This document shows, one piece after another, positions 26,231 through 38,000 of a stretch of 64,000 bases of DNA (positions within the stretch are counted from its first letter, which is position 1; the number at the start of each line of letters is the position of its first letter). The notes under the pieces were generated by a model. It was not told where the DNA came from, did no database searches, and saw only the letters and a program-made list of their open reading frames with translations. This stretch comes from Ginglymostoma cirratum (Eukaryota): positions 36,627,424 to 36,691,423 of the forward strand of contig JAHRHZ010000062.1 of the NCBI GenBank assembly GCA_024137785.1. Direction: 5' to 3'. The position numbers were made by a program, and so were the translations under genes.

Positions 26231-28134
26231 GTATTAGACCAGCAGTTTACATTCACCTGCCTAAACCCACAAGCTCACTGGCATCACCCGGAATATCCAC
26301 TTCTGCAACCTTTAATGCTTCAGTCCAAAAATTGACAACACCTACCTTAAGCCAGTATACAGGTTCTCTAATGGCAACGAGGACTGCAAAGACCACTGCT
26401 TCCACTCCAACAATAGAAACCCCTATAGTGACCCATCTGTCACAAGTTCCAATATTGACAACTACAAGCAGTTCTCCAAGTCCATCACTGATAGGAACAA
26501 CCACCTTTGTACAAAAGATAACCTCTGGAATGCCACTTACTACAGAACAAACCTCTGTGTCTAATTTCACAGAAAGTACAACATCACCCACTTATGCATT
26601 CCCAGTTTCTTCAACGAGAGGAATCACCACCACAACAACAGCTTTGCCTGAAAGGTCAACAATAAAAAAAACCACAAGTTCTAGTTACCCAGTCTCTGCA
26701 ATGTATCCCTTCTCTGCTGGAACATTGTCCTTGTCAACTGAAAAGAGCAAATCATCAACTGCAGGAGTCTTTAGAACGTCGGCAGCAACAGTGCACCCAG
26801 CGCCTGAAAAATCTACAACATCTTCTCCAATATTAGTTCCAATAACAGAAAGAAATGAAACAATCACAAGAACTACCACTGAACCCCTTTCAACAGAAAG
26901 GGTGACAACATACTCACTGAGTTCAAGAACACAACCAACAACAATTCCATCCATGGCCTATCCAGCTTTGACTACTTTATTTACAATCTCCAAACAAGCT
27001 ACCACAACATCCACTGCTAAGGTTTCTTTAACATCGTCTACCACATTGTACTCAGAAACACCTGCCAAAGCATCAACGTCTGTAACACATCCATCTACAA
27101 CTAAAACGAGCACAGCATTTTCTATTCATTCATTTGAATCATTATCGACAAAAGGATCGGAAACTAGTTCAACTGTGAAAATATTCAAACCTGTTTCAAC
27201 TCCACAGAGCATGGTAATGACCTCCAGTTCAACAACAGAACCACATATAGCAAGTAAATCAACTTCCCTACAACCACCAACTCCACACAAACCCACTTTC
27301 AGTCCTTCCCCAGCTGATCAAAGCACTGCTCCGGTGGATACTTCATCTGTTCAATTAACTACATCTCCAACTACAATAATTCCAACCTCTGTAAGAGTAT
27401 CCCCCATTTCTATCTCAACATCTGAAATAACCGTTGCACCTACAAGAACTCAACTTGGGACAACTACAGTTTTACCAACATTGTTTCTAACAAATGCAAC
27501 CTCAGAAATGCCCCAAGCAAAAACTGTTTCAGAGCTCACATCCACAACCATTTCACATGTAAAAAATGCAACGACTTATGCTACATCACTTTTAACAACA
27601 TCAGCTGCGGCTACTTCTATTCGCAGTCCTACTGAAAAGACAATATCTGCAGCAGTGAAAGCAGGTGTAACTAGACCCACAGCCCTTCTGTCTAAAGCAC
27701 CACTAACAACAGAAACATCAGCGTCCACAGCAAATGAAACATCTATTACAGGATTAGTTGTTACAACATCAGAAGGAGTTACTAGGGCAACAAAAGCTTT
27801 TACTCCAACAGCAACTCCTGTTGAAACCACAGGTGTCACAGGAAAAGCGGTATCACCTCAGCAGCTTACAGGCACCACAATACCTACATCTGCCTATTTA
27901 AATAGAACTGTTACCACTGGGAAAAAAGTCTCAGTCAAAGCCATTTCTTCAACGACCCAATCTTCAAGTACTATTACCACAGAATCAGTTCCGTATACAT
28001 TACATACTTTACCTAATGACACTTTGTCTCCAATTATTGTTCCTCATACGTCAGAGTCTATAGCAGGCTCAACCATGTTCTCTGCAAGTGCTTACACAAC
28101 AGCTTTGACTATCCCACCAACCAGCCAATGTGTG
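26231..28134 (+). CDS. OTOG: Otogelin large Thr/Ser/Pro-rich mucin-like exon (1904 nt)
   Basis: Acceptor tctttcttag, donor gtaagt, phase 1 to 0. Open throughout and contains most of ORF 26332..28170. Reads (C)IRPAVYIHLPKPTSS...TIPPTSQCV, positioned between the TIL module and the last VWD as in otogelin. Confidence 0.95.
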
Positions 28135-28714
28135 GTAAGTAAAAGGACACAGAATATTAATTATCAGTAATTACCGGGTTGACTACAAGGATATGTTTGA
28201 TGCACTGTGCTCTGGAGACAAAGCAAAACAAGCTCTTCACTTATTGCAGTCTCTGCTTGTCAAAGGTTTCCTGGATTACAGAGATAATCCTTGGTTTCAT
28301 TTCTGCACTTCTGATCCCTTCCCACTTTTCTTGTTTCCAACAAATGTGAGGACACAATGTCGTCTTGATTACTACGACTGCCTACTTTCACCTCCATATT
28401 AATGTTTGTTCCACTCCTGATATGACCTATTTGCTACCAAAACCCATTTCTATGCCATTGTCACCTCCAAACACGACAGTCCTAATCCATTCTTTCGGGG
28501 GCGTCCACTTCACCGTACTCGATAAACCTGATCCTAGAGCCCATCCACCTTCTGTAAGTGTTGCTGCCAGTATCCTAATTGTCACCATTGCCCCATGACC
28601 TTTAGTGGCTTACAGTTAGCAATACCTAAATGGAAAAAAAAATTAAATCCTTGTGTTCAAGTTTTGCCATGGCTTCCCCACTTTCTCCTCCTCCACAACC
28701 ACCACCATCACCAC

Positions 28715-28750
28715 CAACCCCAACCCCAACCCCAACCCCAACCCCATCCC
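28715..28750. repeat. (CAACCC)5 hexamer repeat with adjacent CAC-rich tract
   Basis: Five perfect CAACCC units followed by CATCCC. Confidence 0.9.
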
Positions 28751-30054
28751 CATTTCAAGACTTTGGCTTCACAACCTCTGTAAGCATTCTGTGCTTTGCC
28801 TATACTGGCCTAACAACATTTCCTATTTTCACATGTCTACCTTTTGTGTCTGTCCTTTTGACTGACTGGGCCTTAAGCCCTGGAATTCCACAGTTTATCC
28901 TCTGAGTCTGTCTCCTTCTTTAAGTCATCCCCTAAAACCTACCTGTTACATCTGTCGGATGTTAAATTTTGTTTGACATTATTTCTGTGAAACAGTCTGA
29001 GACACTTTACAAATTAAAATCCATATGCTATATGACCTTCCCACCATCTTACGGTCAGAAGTAGAGCAGTTCACTGAAGATTTCATAATGTTAAACACAA
29101 TTGAAACTCTTCAAATATTGAACCAGCCCAGGCCCATTTGTAGCATAACCTGGTCAACAACATCCAAGCTTGGGCTGATGAGTGGCATATAATTTTTGCG
29201 TCACATGAAGTTTGTTGCTTTGATGTAAACAACTGCCATATTATTGTTCAAATAGAGTGTTCATGTTGCTGTTCACCATTGTTGCACATTGGTATAATAG
29301 ATGATAAAGTGATGAGGGGGTTAGTGTGCGTTGGTTTCCCTCCAATAGAAGTCAGTTGCAAACCAATTGGCTTTAGAAAAGGCTACTCCACAGCAATATT
29401 ATTTTCTGGGTTGCCATGACAACCAAAAGGCTGGATTTCCACCCAATGGGAGGAGGTCCCACCCCCAAAGAGTTGCTGGCCAATCAGATTCACAGAACAC
29501 TGTATTGGACACTTCAGGGAGCCCCAAAAAGGATCCTAAAGTCAAGTGAATTAGGCTTTCTTGTTGAGATTGCAGGCGTCAGGCACCCAGGGCGTGGGTG
29601 TAAAAGGTGAAGGGGTGGGGCAGACTTTGGAAGCCAGATAGTGATGCACAAAGTGGGGATGAGGGGGTTACAATCTTAGAGTTTGATGGGCACAGGATAC
29701 CCCCAAAGGAGGTACTTGCTCTATCGTCAACTTTGGTGAAAACAAATGGCCTGCTCGCTCTCACCTGCCTTTCCAGCATCCAGTGTAATTTGTCAGTGCA
29801 GGTGGAATGAGGCTACTTAATTAGAGTTGAAGGCCTCACTAGGCCTAAAAGGCGTGCTGACTGTTGCCTTACTTGCCCACTGTGTTATGGTGGATAGGTT
29901 GGGGCCGGTGGGAAGGTGATGGGCTAATCTTGTGCACACTTGCCTCACACACACACATGCCCACCCAGCCACCAGAGGCAGCCGTTAATATCCCCTCATA
30001 ATTTGAGCCTTACCACAATGTAAATTAATCTTGCTCTTCTAAAATGCTTTACAG

Positions 30055-30232
30055 ATTCCATTTACTCAGGATCTCGATGAATGCATCAAACAAATATGTG
30101 TGGAAGGGCAAATAATGCAAATCAATAGATCACATCACTGTCCCTACACTGTGACTCCACCTAGCTGTGAGCTTCTCGGATTTGCTGTGCAGGTGAATGG
30201 TGACAAATGCTGCCCACAATGGGAATGTCCAT
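30055..30232 (+). CDS. OTOG: Otogelin coding exon, Cys-rich segment before the last VWD
   Basis: Acceptor tttacag, donor gtaaga, phase 0 to 1. Translates IPFTQDLDECIKQICVEGQIMQINRSHHCPYTVTPPSCELLGFAVQVNGDKCCPQWECP(C). Confidence 0.95.
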
Positions 30233-30334
30233 GTAAGAGATTTGGCTTTGTTCTTGTGCTTTAATCTTAAGATGGTTATTGTTTCATGCAGCATTAGTCA
30301 GACTGATTTCGTTCATGCAAAGCTAAAGATCGTG

Positions 30335-30730
30335 GAAACATAGAAAATAAGAGCAGGACTAGGCATTTTGGCTCTTCAGTGGCTCTCCCATATGATCATA
30401 GCTGATCATCAAACGGTACCCTGTTCCTGCTTTCTCCCCACATCATTTGATCCCTTTAGCCCTAAGAACTGCATCTATTTCCTTCTTTAAAACACTCAGT
30501 GTTTTGGCCTTCATTATCTGTGGCAGAGAATTCCACAGGCTCACCATGCTCTTGCTCCTTGGCCCTGTCCTAAGTGGTCTACCCGTTATCTTTACACTGT
30601 GACCTTGGTTCTGGACTCTCCAGTAATTGGGAATATCCTTCCTGCATTAACCCTGTCTACCCCTATTAACATGTTATATCTTTCTATTAGACTTCTGCTC
30701 ATTCTCTGAACTCCACTGAATATAGTGCTG
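30335..30730 (-). mobile_element. CR1 LINE 3' end
   Basis: Begins aaacatagaaaataagagcagga and contains gaattccacaggctcacc, typical of a reverse-strand CR1 tail. Confidence 0.75.
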
Positions 30731-30825
30731 ACCAAGTCAGTTCATCAACAAAGTTCATCATGTGAACTCAGTGGATGGGATCTATTTCAACATTGCATCA
30801 TTGAGAATATACTGAAACACTGGAG

Positions 30826-31048
30826 ACAGCACAGTATGGAGCTGGAGGAACACAACAGGTCAGGCAGCATAAGAGGAGCAGCAAAGTTGACATTTCAGGT
30901 CGGGACCCTTTTTCAGAAATTATTGAAGAAGGGTCCCGACCTAAAACATCAACTTTCCTACTCTTCTGATGCTGCCTGACCTGCTGGCTTCCTCCAGCTC
31001 CATATGGTGTTGTCTCTGATCCCTGCGTCTGCAGTTCTTGCTATCTCC
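30826..31048. mobile_element. Palindromic Penelope-derived family A insertion
   Basis: Arms of about 90 bp meet at ttcagaaattattgaag. 16-bp TSD tactgaaacactggag at 30810-30825 and 31049-31064. Confidence 0.85.
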
Positions 31049-34000
31049 TACTGAAACACTGGAGTTTTATTCAAAAAGTCAGTAACATTACAGCCAAGTC
31101 AATATTGTGAGACCCAAACCAGAAAAGAGACTTGCCAATTCACAACTTCAAATTAACTGACATTACTGATTTCAACTCTTCCTGTAAATCATCTTTAGTA
31201 TTTACTTCTGCAAATAGATGCCACAATCGCATACTCATGTTTAATTTAAAAACAAACTTGAAAGGGCAACAGAAGGACCTTGGAAGCTATTTTACTCAAG
31301 TCCTCATATTTCACCTGAAAATGTTAAATTTCAAATTAGCTGATATATTTTGCGACTGAAGTGTAAATTTTTGTTGAAGATTAAATGTTAATATTAGCAT
31401 TTTTTAAATAGTTTGTTAATAAATCATATAATACCACCCAAATGGCAGTGACACTGGTCAATGAAGAATATCGTATTCTCAGGTTTTGAACAATATGTTC
31501 AGCCATTGTTGCATTAAAACATTTCATTTGAATTGTTAGTGTGGATCAGAATAAATTGTTGATTCTGTGTCAATGTATTTAATAAGGTGGGAAATAATTT
31601 TACTTGATAAATATAAAGTTTTGTTTCAATATACTGATTCAAAGTGCAGAACAGGTCATTTGTGAGCCTAAACTCCAGGGTAGGAAGATAAAGAGCAGTC
31701 TTTAATCTCATATTTTAAAAGCAAAAGAATTTTTTCAAACTTTTACAAGACTATTTTACGCCAATTGAGCTGACAAATTAATTGCAAAAACAAAATAGGT
31801 GCAGAAGTAACCCATTTTCATTTACTACTTGAAATTTAAGCTGTCTTGATCAAAAGGTGAATGGTATTTATGCGACTTATTTACCTCACATCACTAAGAG
31901 AATATGCTTTTCTGAAGTTATACACGTTGTTTTGCTGTTGGTGCTTAAACACATTTCCAAAGATATGTTTTAATTGCAAACCAGCTAGGCAGACTGGATG
32001 GAAGATATCAAGACAGATTGCAACATGAATGCATCTGTTCTTACCGTCACCTTTAACAGGGATTTTTTGATGATTATTTAAAAGGTACTGGTGCCTTAAT
32101 GCAATCGGAGGCAGCTAGAGTGTTCAGTTATTGAAAGCTATTAATAAGAAGTAATAGAGGCGTTTGTGTATCTGTAAATAATCTGCCTTCAATTAAGCTT
32201 TATTGTGGCTGATCTCATTGTTGTAAATAACTTTGTACGGATAATATTCTCCTCCTGCAACAATTCTGTAAGAAAATTGCAACAAACATTTTCGACAATT
32301 ATTGCCCCAACTGCGTCTTAAATAGTTTTCAGATATTACCTTTCATGTTGCCACAATTTTATGTTGCCCAGACATGAATGACTCCTTGAGCCACAATGAA
32401 ACACTTCATTGCCTTAATAAAGGTTCTTTGAAGCTAACTTGTTAATTATTTGGATGCTGTCCCCAGTTACAAAATGGAGAATTCCATAAAGCTCAAGAAA
32501 ACATATAACTTTGAGGACATCAAATTTGAGTATTTTGTTAATGCAATTTTTTAAACATTATACAGAGCTGAGCTGAGTTCAGCATTTTAGTCAGAGCGAT
32601 AAAGCTTTAATATGTAAATAAAATATAAAAAATATACTTAAATAATAATTCATTGAAGAATAGTAAATTAAGTAAAATAGACAAGATAACATATATGCTA
32701 ATATATCTGAATGGTAAATGAAAGGGAATAATAATTCAAGTGGCTCAAATAGCCTGATAAATAGAAAATAGAGTCTTTACTCATTTGCCATTATTATTTC
32801 TTTAACCCCAAAATGTGTTGTGTCATGAATTGTGAATAATGAAGAAAAAAGGGAAAATAGAGGCAATGTGCTTAATATATATTAGATCAAATTCATCGCG
32901 TGAAAGATTAATATAGTTATTCTATGCACTATTTAAGTTAATTGGCTTGCTTATTAAGAGGGCAGATGTAATCTACATTTAAGCTATTTAGTCAGTGGAG
33001 ATCTTAGCAAACAGGTTTCCACAATCGGGTCACACAACTTGCTGTTTCACAGAATATGAAATATTTATAATATTACAGTAGTATAGATTAAAAAAACTTT
33101 TATGCAGCTTTCTTAACTACAGCTGTAGGAGTTTGATAAATATTCAGGAAGCAATCATTAAAATGTACATAAAATGCATTCACTTAGGCTTAAGTTTGGA
33201 AAAATCCATTTGCCTTTTGTATCTTTTGTGTTATGAACTGTAAGGAGAAGGCAATTAAATAACAAGATCAACCATATTTTCCTGCTAATTTTCTATATCA
33301 TACCCTCAACTAAAATCCAGAATTATAATGAAAGCCTGAATTCTAAATTGCTTGATGGCTTTTGAAATAGAAAGTCTATTTGGAAACCCACCAAATTACT
33401 TGGCAAGATGTAAAATAAACAGAAACTATGCAGAGGCTGTCATAATTGTCTTGTAAAGAACACCTGTCTGTAACAGGCCTCCCACTGAACATTAAATTGA
33501 CGATTGACATTTAAACTTGTGTTAAACATTGCTCGATGAACAGAAATATCCCCATGACCTTTCATAACAGATAATGAAATAAAATTTGAAAAGGAGATGG
33601 TTTTCCCACAACTCAGTGAAGAAAAGAAGCATAGCTCCAAAATTCCAAGCTGATACTCAAGCTTAAACTTCCCAATTTCCTGTCAGGGTGTCTCATCATA
33701 TCTGGTTATTGGCGATGACTCAGAATGTTTACTCCTGCACAGAAGGCATATCACCCTGTGGGTTGCTCATCAGGTCAGCAGACTTGCAAAGGACAACCAC
33801 CCTAGCTCCCACACCATTTTGATGGTTGGAGTTAATTTTATCATAGGAAGGCTAGACACAATTTTACACCACCGACTGTTTCAGAGGATAGAGTGTGGAG
33901 TTGGCCTAACACCCATTTAATGTGAGCTTCCACCTTCTTAACTCAGAACTGACTTTTAACTTATCAATTATTATAACCCATTTTTGAATTGTGTTATCTC

Positions 34001-35065
34001 TTGCCATGTCACTAAAATTTAGTTGCACTGCAACAAAATTCTGCAACCGTAAAGGTGAGAATAATGTATTGCTTTTTCTTTATCTTAAGGTGATACATTG
34101 CCACAGCTCATCCCTACTCCTCAGCATTGCAAATGTTGCCCTCCTCCACTCCATGTGCTACGGCTTTAATCACAATAGAACAGCACACTAACTCTATTTC
34201 TGAACAGCCGCAAACTGTATTCTTATTTTATCCTGGCAACAAGTGAAACGTTGTTTTCTGCTAACTGCTTTTATAGCAGACCCACTTTCCTGCATATCAC
34301 CGTCTTCCCATCTTGTTCACAAATTGCTGCTTCTCGCTCTCTGCATGCTCATTTTATGAAGTTGACTTTCAAAATTCACAAGCCTTTTCAAAAATCATAT
34401 ACTAGTTCATTTCCACGCCTGCACAACACACTGGGTCACAGAGGAACCAAAGCAGCAAGTTTGAGACTCTGTACACATCCTCAAATAAAGCATCAATGTC
34501 TTGGCTGTAATCAAATCAACAGCAGACAGATCTGAAATAGAACAGGGATAGCAAGTCCTGCAACAATATTTTTGTTGCGCTGCCACCTCATTGCCACCTG
34601 AAAATAGAGTAAAAACCTGCCCCACAAATAAAAAGTGGCAGTGATGCTACTTTATGACAATAACTTCTTTTTAAATACCACGCAAGAGAGCAGTTAAAAA
34701 GTTATTCAGTAATGAGGAAAGTGCTTATGTTATTGAATGCTGCGGTGGTTGAGATTTGAAGATTTGTGCGTATGTTATGTGTTTTTGCATTTTTAAAATA
34801 TTTGCCATCTCTCCTGACCTACATATGCTGTTTAAGATGTGTATCGTTGATATTAAGTAGAAGTTTAAAAAGGTTTTGCTAACATTTTGTAATTATACTT
34901 GTACTGATTAAAGTCATTGTAAAAACATCATTATATGGTTTGACTGTGATGTGAAAGTACTCTCACAGACTTGTTCGCTCCCTAAATAGCAATCATCCTC
35001 CTTTGAAGCTCAATTTACTGGGAACTAGGTTTTAATAACAGCATAAGCTTTTTTAATTTTTGTAG

Positions 35066-35211
35066 GTCGGTGTTCCATTCTCACTAATCTACACATAATT
35101 ACTTTCGACGGAAGTGGCTTTGGCATTTCTGGAGCTGCTTCGTACATTATTGCTTCACTGGCAAATGAAACCGTTATTGTAGGGATCAGCAAATGTCTCA
35201 GCAACCAGATG
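35066..35211 (+). CDS. OTOG: Otogelin coding exon, start of last VWD domain
   Basis: Acceptor tttttgtag, donor gtaagt, phase 1 to 0. Translates (C)RCSILTNLHIITFDGSGFGISGAASYIIASLANETVIVGISKCLSNQM, containing the VWD TFDG motif. Confidence 0.95.
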
Positions 35212-37229
35212 GTAAGTGTTCAAGATAATGTAAACCCCTGAGAATCCATGTTGCCTCACAGCATAAAATACAAGGTTGCCTGAATTTCTCCAGCTTTCTA
35301 ATTCTTAAATATCCCTCATCTTTCAACACTATTACCTTACTTTTAATCAAATCTGCTTTGGAAGCCAACTTCAATTAAAGGAATTCCTTGCCGTCTATTT
35401 AAATAAGTCAGTGCAGTGTTACTACACTGGTATTTGTTATAAGAAAAATAACATTGACATGAATGTAACCCATTTGCCTTGGTATGAAGAAGTTCGCAGC
35501 TGGTTCACTTGAGCTCTGTAGCAAGTGTTTATAGGTTGTATATGATCTGCATAGCTATTGGGAACATTGCAGATCAGATCTTTTTTGGCAGGTTTCCCCA
35601 TTACACTGCTGGTGCTGCCTCTTGCTGTTTAGATCGGAAGCAGTGGAAACCCTGCAATCAGTAGCTCAGGTGACTGTTCTGTGTCAGTCAACCGAGACAG
35701 TAAGCAGTTTGCCAGCCCATTTCATTATGGTAAGCATTGGAACCAAGCCTGATCCTCTCTGCTCAGCTTGTGCCCACATGTTCTAACAAAGAAATTCTCA
35801 GATGATACTCATGAGTAGGACTCTGGTCAATTCCCTCCTCACCCCCTGAGGTCAATTGTAACACCCCTATTCTTCCACCAGTTTCAGTGGAAAGTCAGAA
35901 AACATGAAATATCAAACATGTTAGCTTGTATGCAGTTAGCTTTGCTGTTGAGTAAAAGCTTATTCATATGGTTCTCATTGCATGTACTTATGTTTATTTC
36001 CAGAAGATAAATCAGTTTCCTGTTTTGAAGTACATAATGCACGATTAGTAATGTGTGTTGAATGAGCAAAAGTGATTAAGGGAATGGGATAACGTGGAGA
36101 CATCAAACTACTTTAGTACCTCTCTGTCTATAGTTTAATCATTGAAGGAAAAGACGGTACATTGCAATTGACGGTGACATCTCTGGGCATAAGTATTTGC
36201 TTCTCAGATCTTTGGGAAAGAAATCAACCCATAGTTTAGTTTTGATGTTTCCTGCCACCATTCAGTTTGGATGGGTATAAGTTGCATTTCAAGTTTTGTA
36301 TAATTTCACCTTTGGACTGCTAGAATGTGATGCATGTGTACAGCATATATAAACAAAGATTTGTACACTGAAATCAAATCAGAAATGAATCGTCTTTGGT
36401 CTAAATGCAAGCACTGATTTTCAACTTCCAATGGTAGAAACCTGTTGTTTGTGTTCAATTTTAATTGTTCTTTCACAGATGGCCACACTTTCGACTACTG
36501 ATAATCTAACGTCTGGAATTTCACTCCTTCTGGACTGACCTTTAAGATGTTTCTTGAGATCACAGTTTTGGCCGCATGTTGCGATATCGAAGATCTCCTT
36601 AAAATGCTTCCTTTTTCAATAGTGCCTCTGTGAAACACATTAAAGCCATTTCTGGGCTGAATTTTACATTGGAACGATGCTTTAAATGATGTTATGAACC
36701 CAACATCATCACGCTGGTCTGCCATAAACACCAAGATCAGCAGGCCACCTTCCCAATAAAATGTGAAAGATCTGTTTAACGTGTGATTAAGGGGTTTTCA
36801 AATCCAGAAGAACTGGGATAAAGTATTGTCCTTGCCATAGTGCAGTGGGTACAGAAGAAACATGGCTAATGGAAGTTGCACTTACTTTCATCAACAGCGA
36901 CTGTTGAAAAACCTGAAAATGTGTTTGTGTCTACTGAGACTTAGGAAGTGTTTGATATTTTACTTTTCATATCATTTTTATCTGCATCAGTTCCTTTGGG
37001 AAGGAGCTGAAATGATGGGCACTCATCATGATTGTAGCACCACACTTTTCCCGTGGGGTTTGTATGTTTGATTAAAGGTGCCATCACCAATGAGGAGGAG
37101 GAGGAGGAGAAGGACCAGACCAGCTGGCCGGAGCTACAGGAAGATTGGAAACCTGCTGAAAAAAGAAAGGGCTGTGAAGTGGCAGCAGTGGGCAGGCAAA
37201 GGCCTCAAATAAGTCAACAGGATCAGAAT

Positions 37230-38000
37230 ATCTGACCTGCAGGTGATGGAGCATCTGAAGGCTCTGCCTATTGAGAGAGACTGTTGCATCCCTATGTGAT
37301 GTGCTTTCGATTGAGAGAGCCTTGAATTGTATGGATGGTCATCCAATGCTTCTGGCCTTAAAAGTAACAATGACATTGAGTGTCTTGCCTTTGAAACATT
37401 CCAGACAATTTGGAGATATCAGTGAGACTTGCAGCACATCGCTACATTAAGAAATTCAAAGATGCCAGGTTTGGGTGTGCACATCAATGTATGGGTTTTA
37501 CATCTGACAGCACAAGTCAAGAGGACGGAGCCAGAAGCCAAAGCTGGTTGTCAGCAGGTACAACAGCGATTGATTACACTGATGTAACTATAAAAGCATG
37601 ACTTGGACAGCCAGGAGCATTCATACACTGAAAAAAGATGCTCTCAATAAGTGTGCACATTTGTGTGTGATCACAATCAAACAGTTATGCATGACTGTCC
37701 ACATTGTGGTTAGGAAGCAGCCACAATGCATATGGCCTCAGACATAACTAGATACCAAGGATATCGAAGCTTTGAATGGCTGGTGACCAATGATACCCAT
37801 TAAAATGGATGGCTGATGACTCCAGTAAGGATGGAGTCTACATTGGTATATAATGATGGACATGCAAACAGCCATCGTAGCTATAATCAGATACCTGGAT
37901 AGATCAGGTGGGACTCTTCAATACCGACCAGCCATAGTTTCCCTTTTTAACACTTGTTTGCTCTGTTATGCACAACCTGGCCCTCCAGAGAGGGGAAATC
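37230..38000 (+). pseudogene. Decayed PIF/Harbinger (HARBI1-type DDE) transposase
   Basis: Frame-broken motifs AIDYTDVTIKA, QPGAFI, VCDH, GSSHNAY, WLMTPVR, YNDGH, YLDRSGGTLQY and HNLALQRG occur in the Harbinger order. Confidence 0.8.

Noticed and set aside
26253-27839. Minus-strand Val-rich ORFs (26253..26591, 26685..26954, 27576..27839)
   Set aside because: They are antisense shadows of ACN-rich Thr codons in the mucin exon.
28135-28170. ORF-track extension of the mucin ORF to a stop at 28170
   Set aside because: A consensus GTAAGT donor at 28135 splices in frame to the next exon, so the extension is intronic.
36479-36538. Good-looking acceptor followed by DGHTFDY/NVWNFT-like words inside the VWD intron
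   Set aside because: The required phase-0 frame stops at TGA, the other frame has tandem stops, there is no good donor, and the flanking exons already join in frame.
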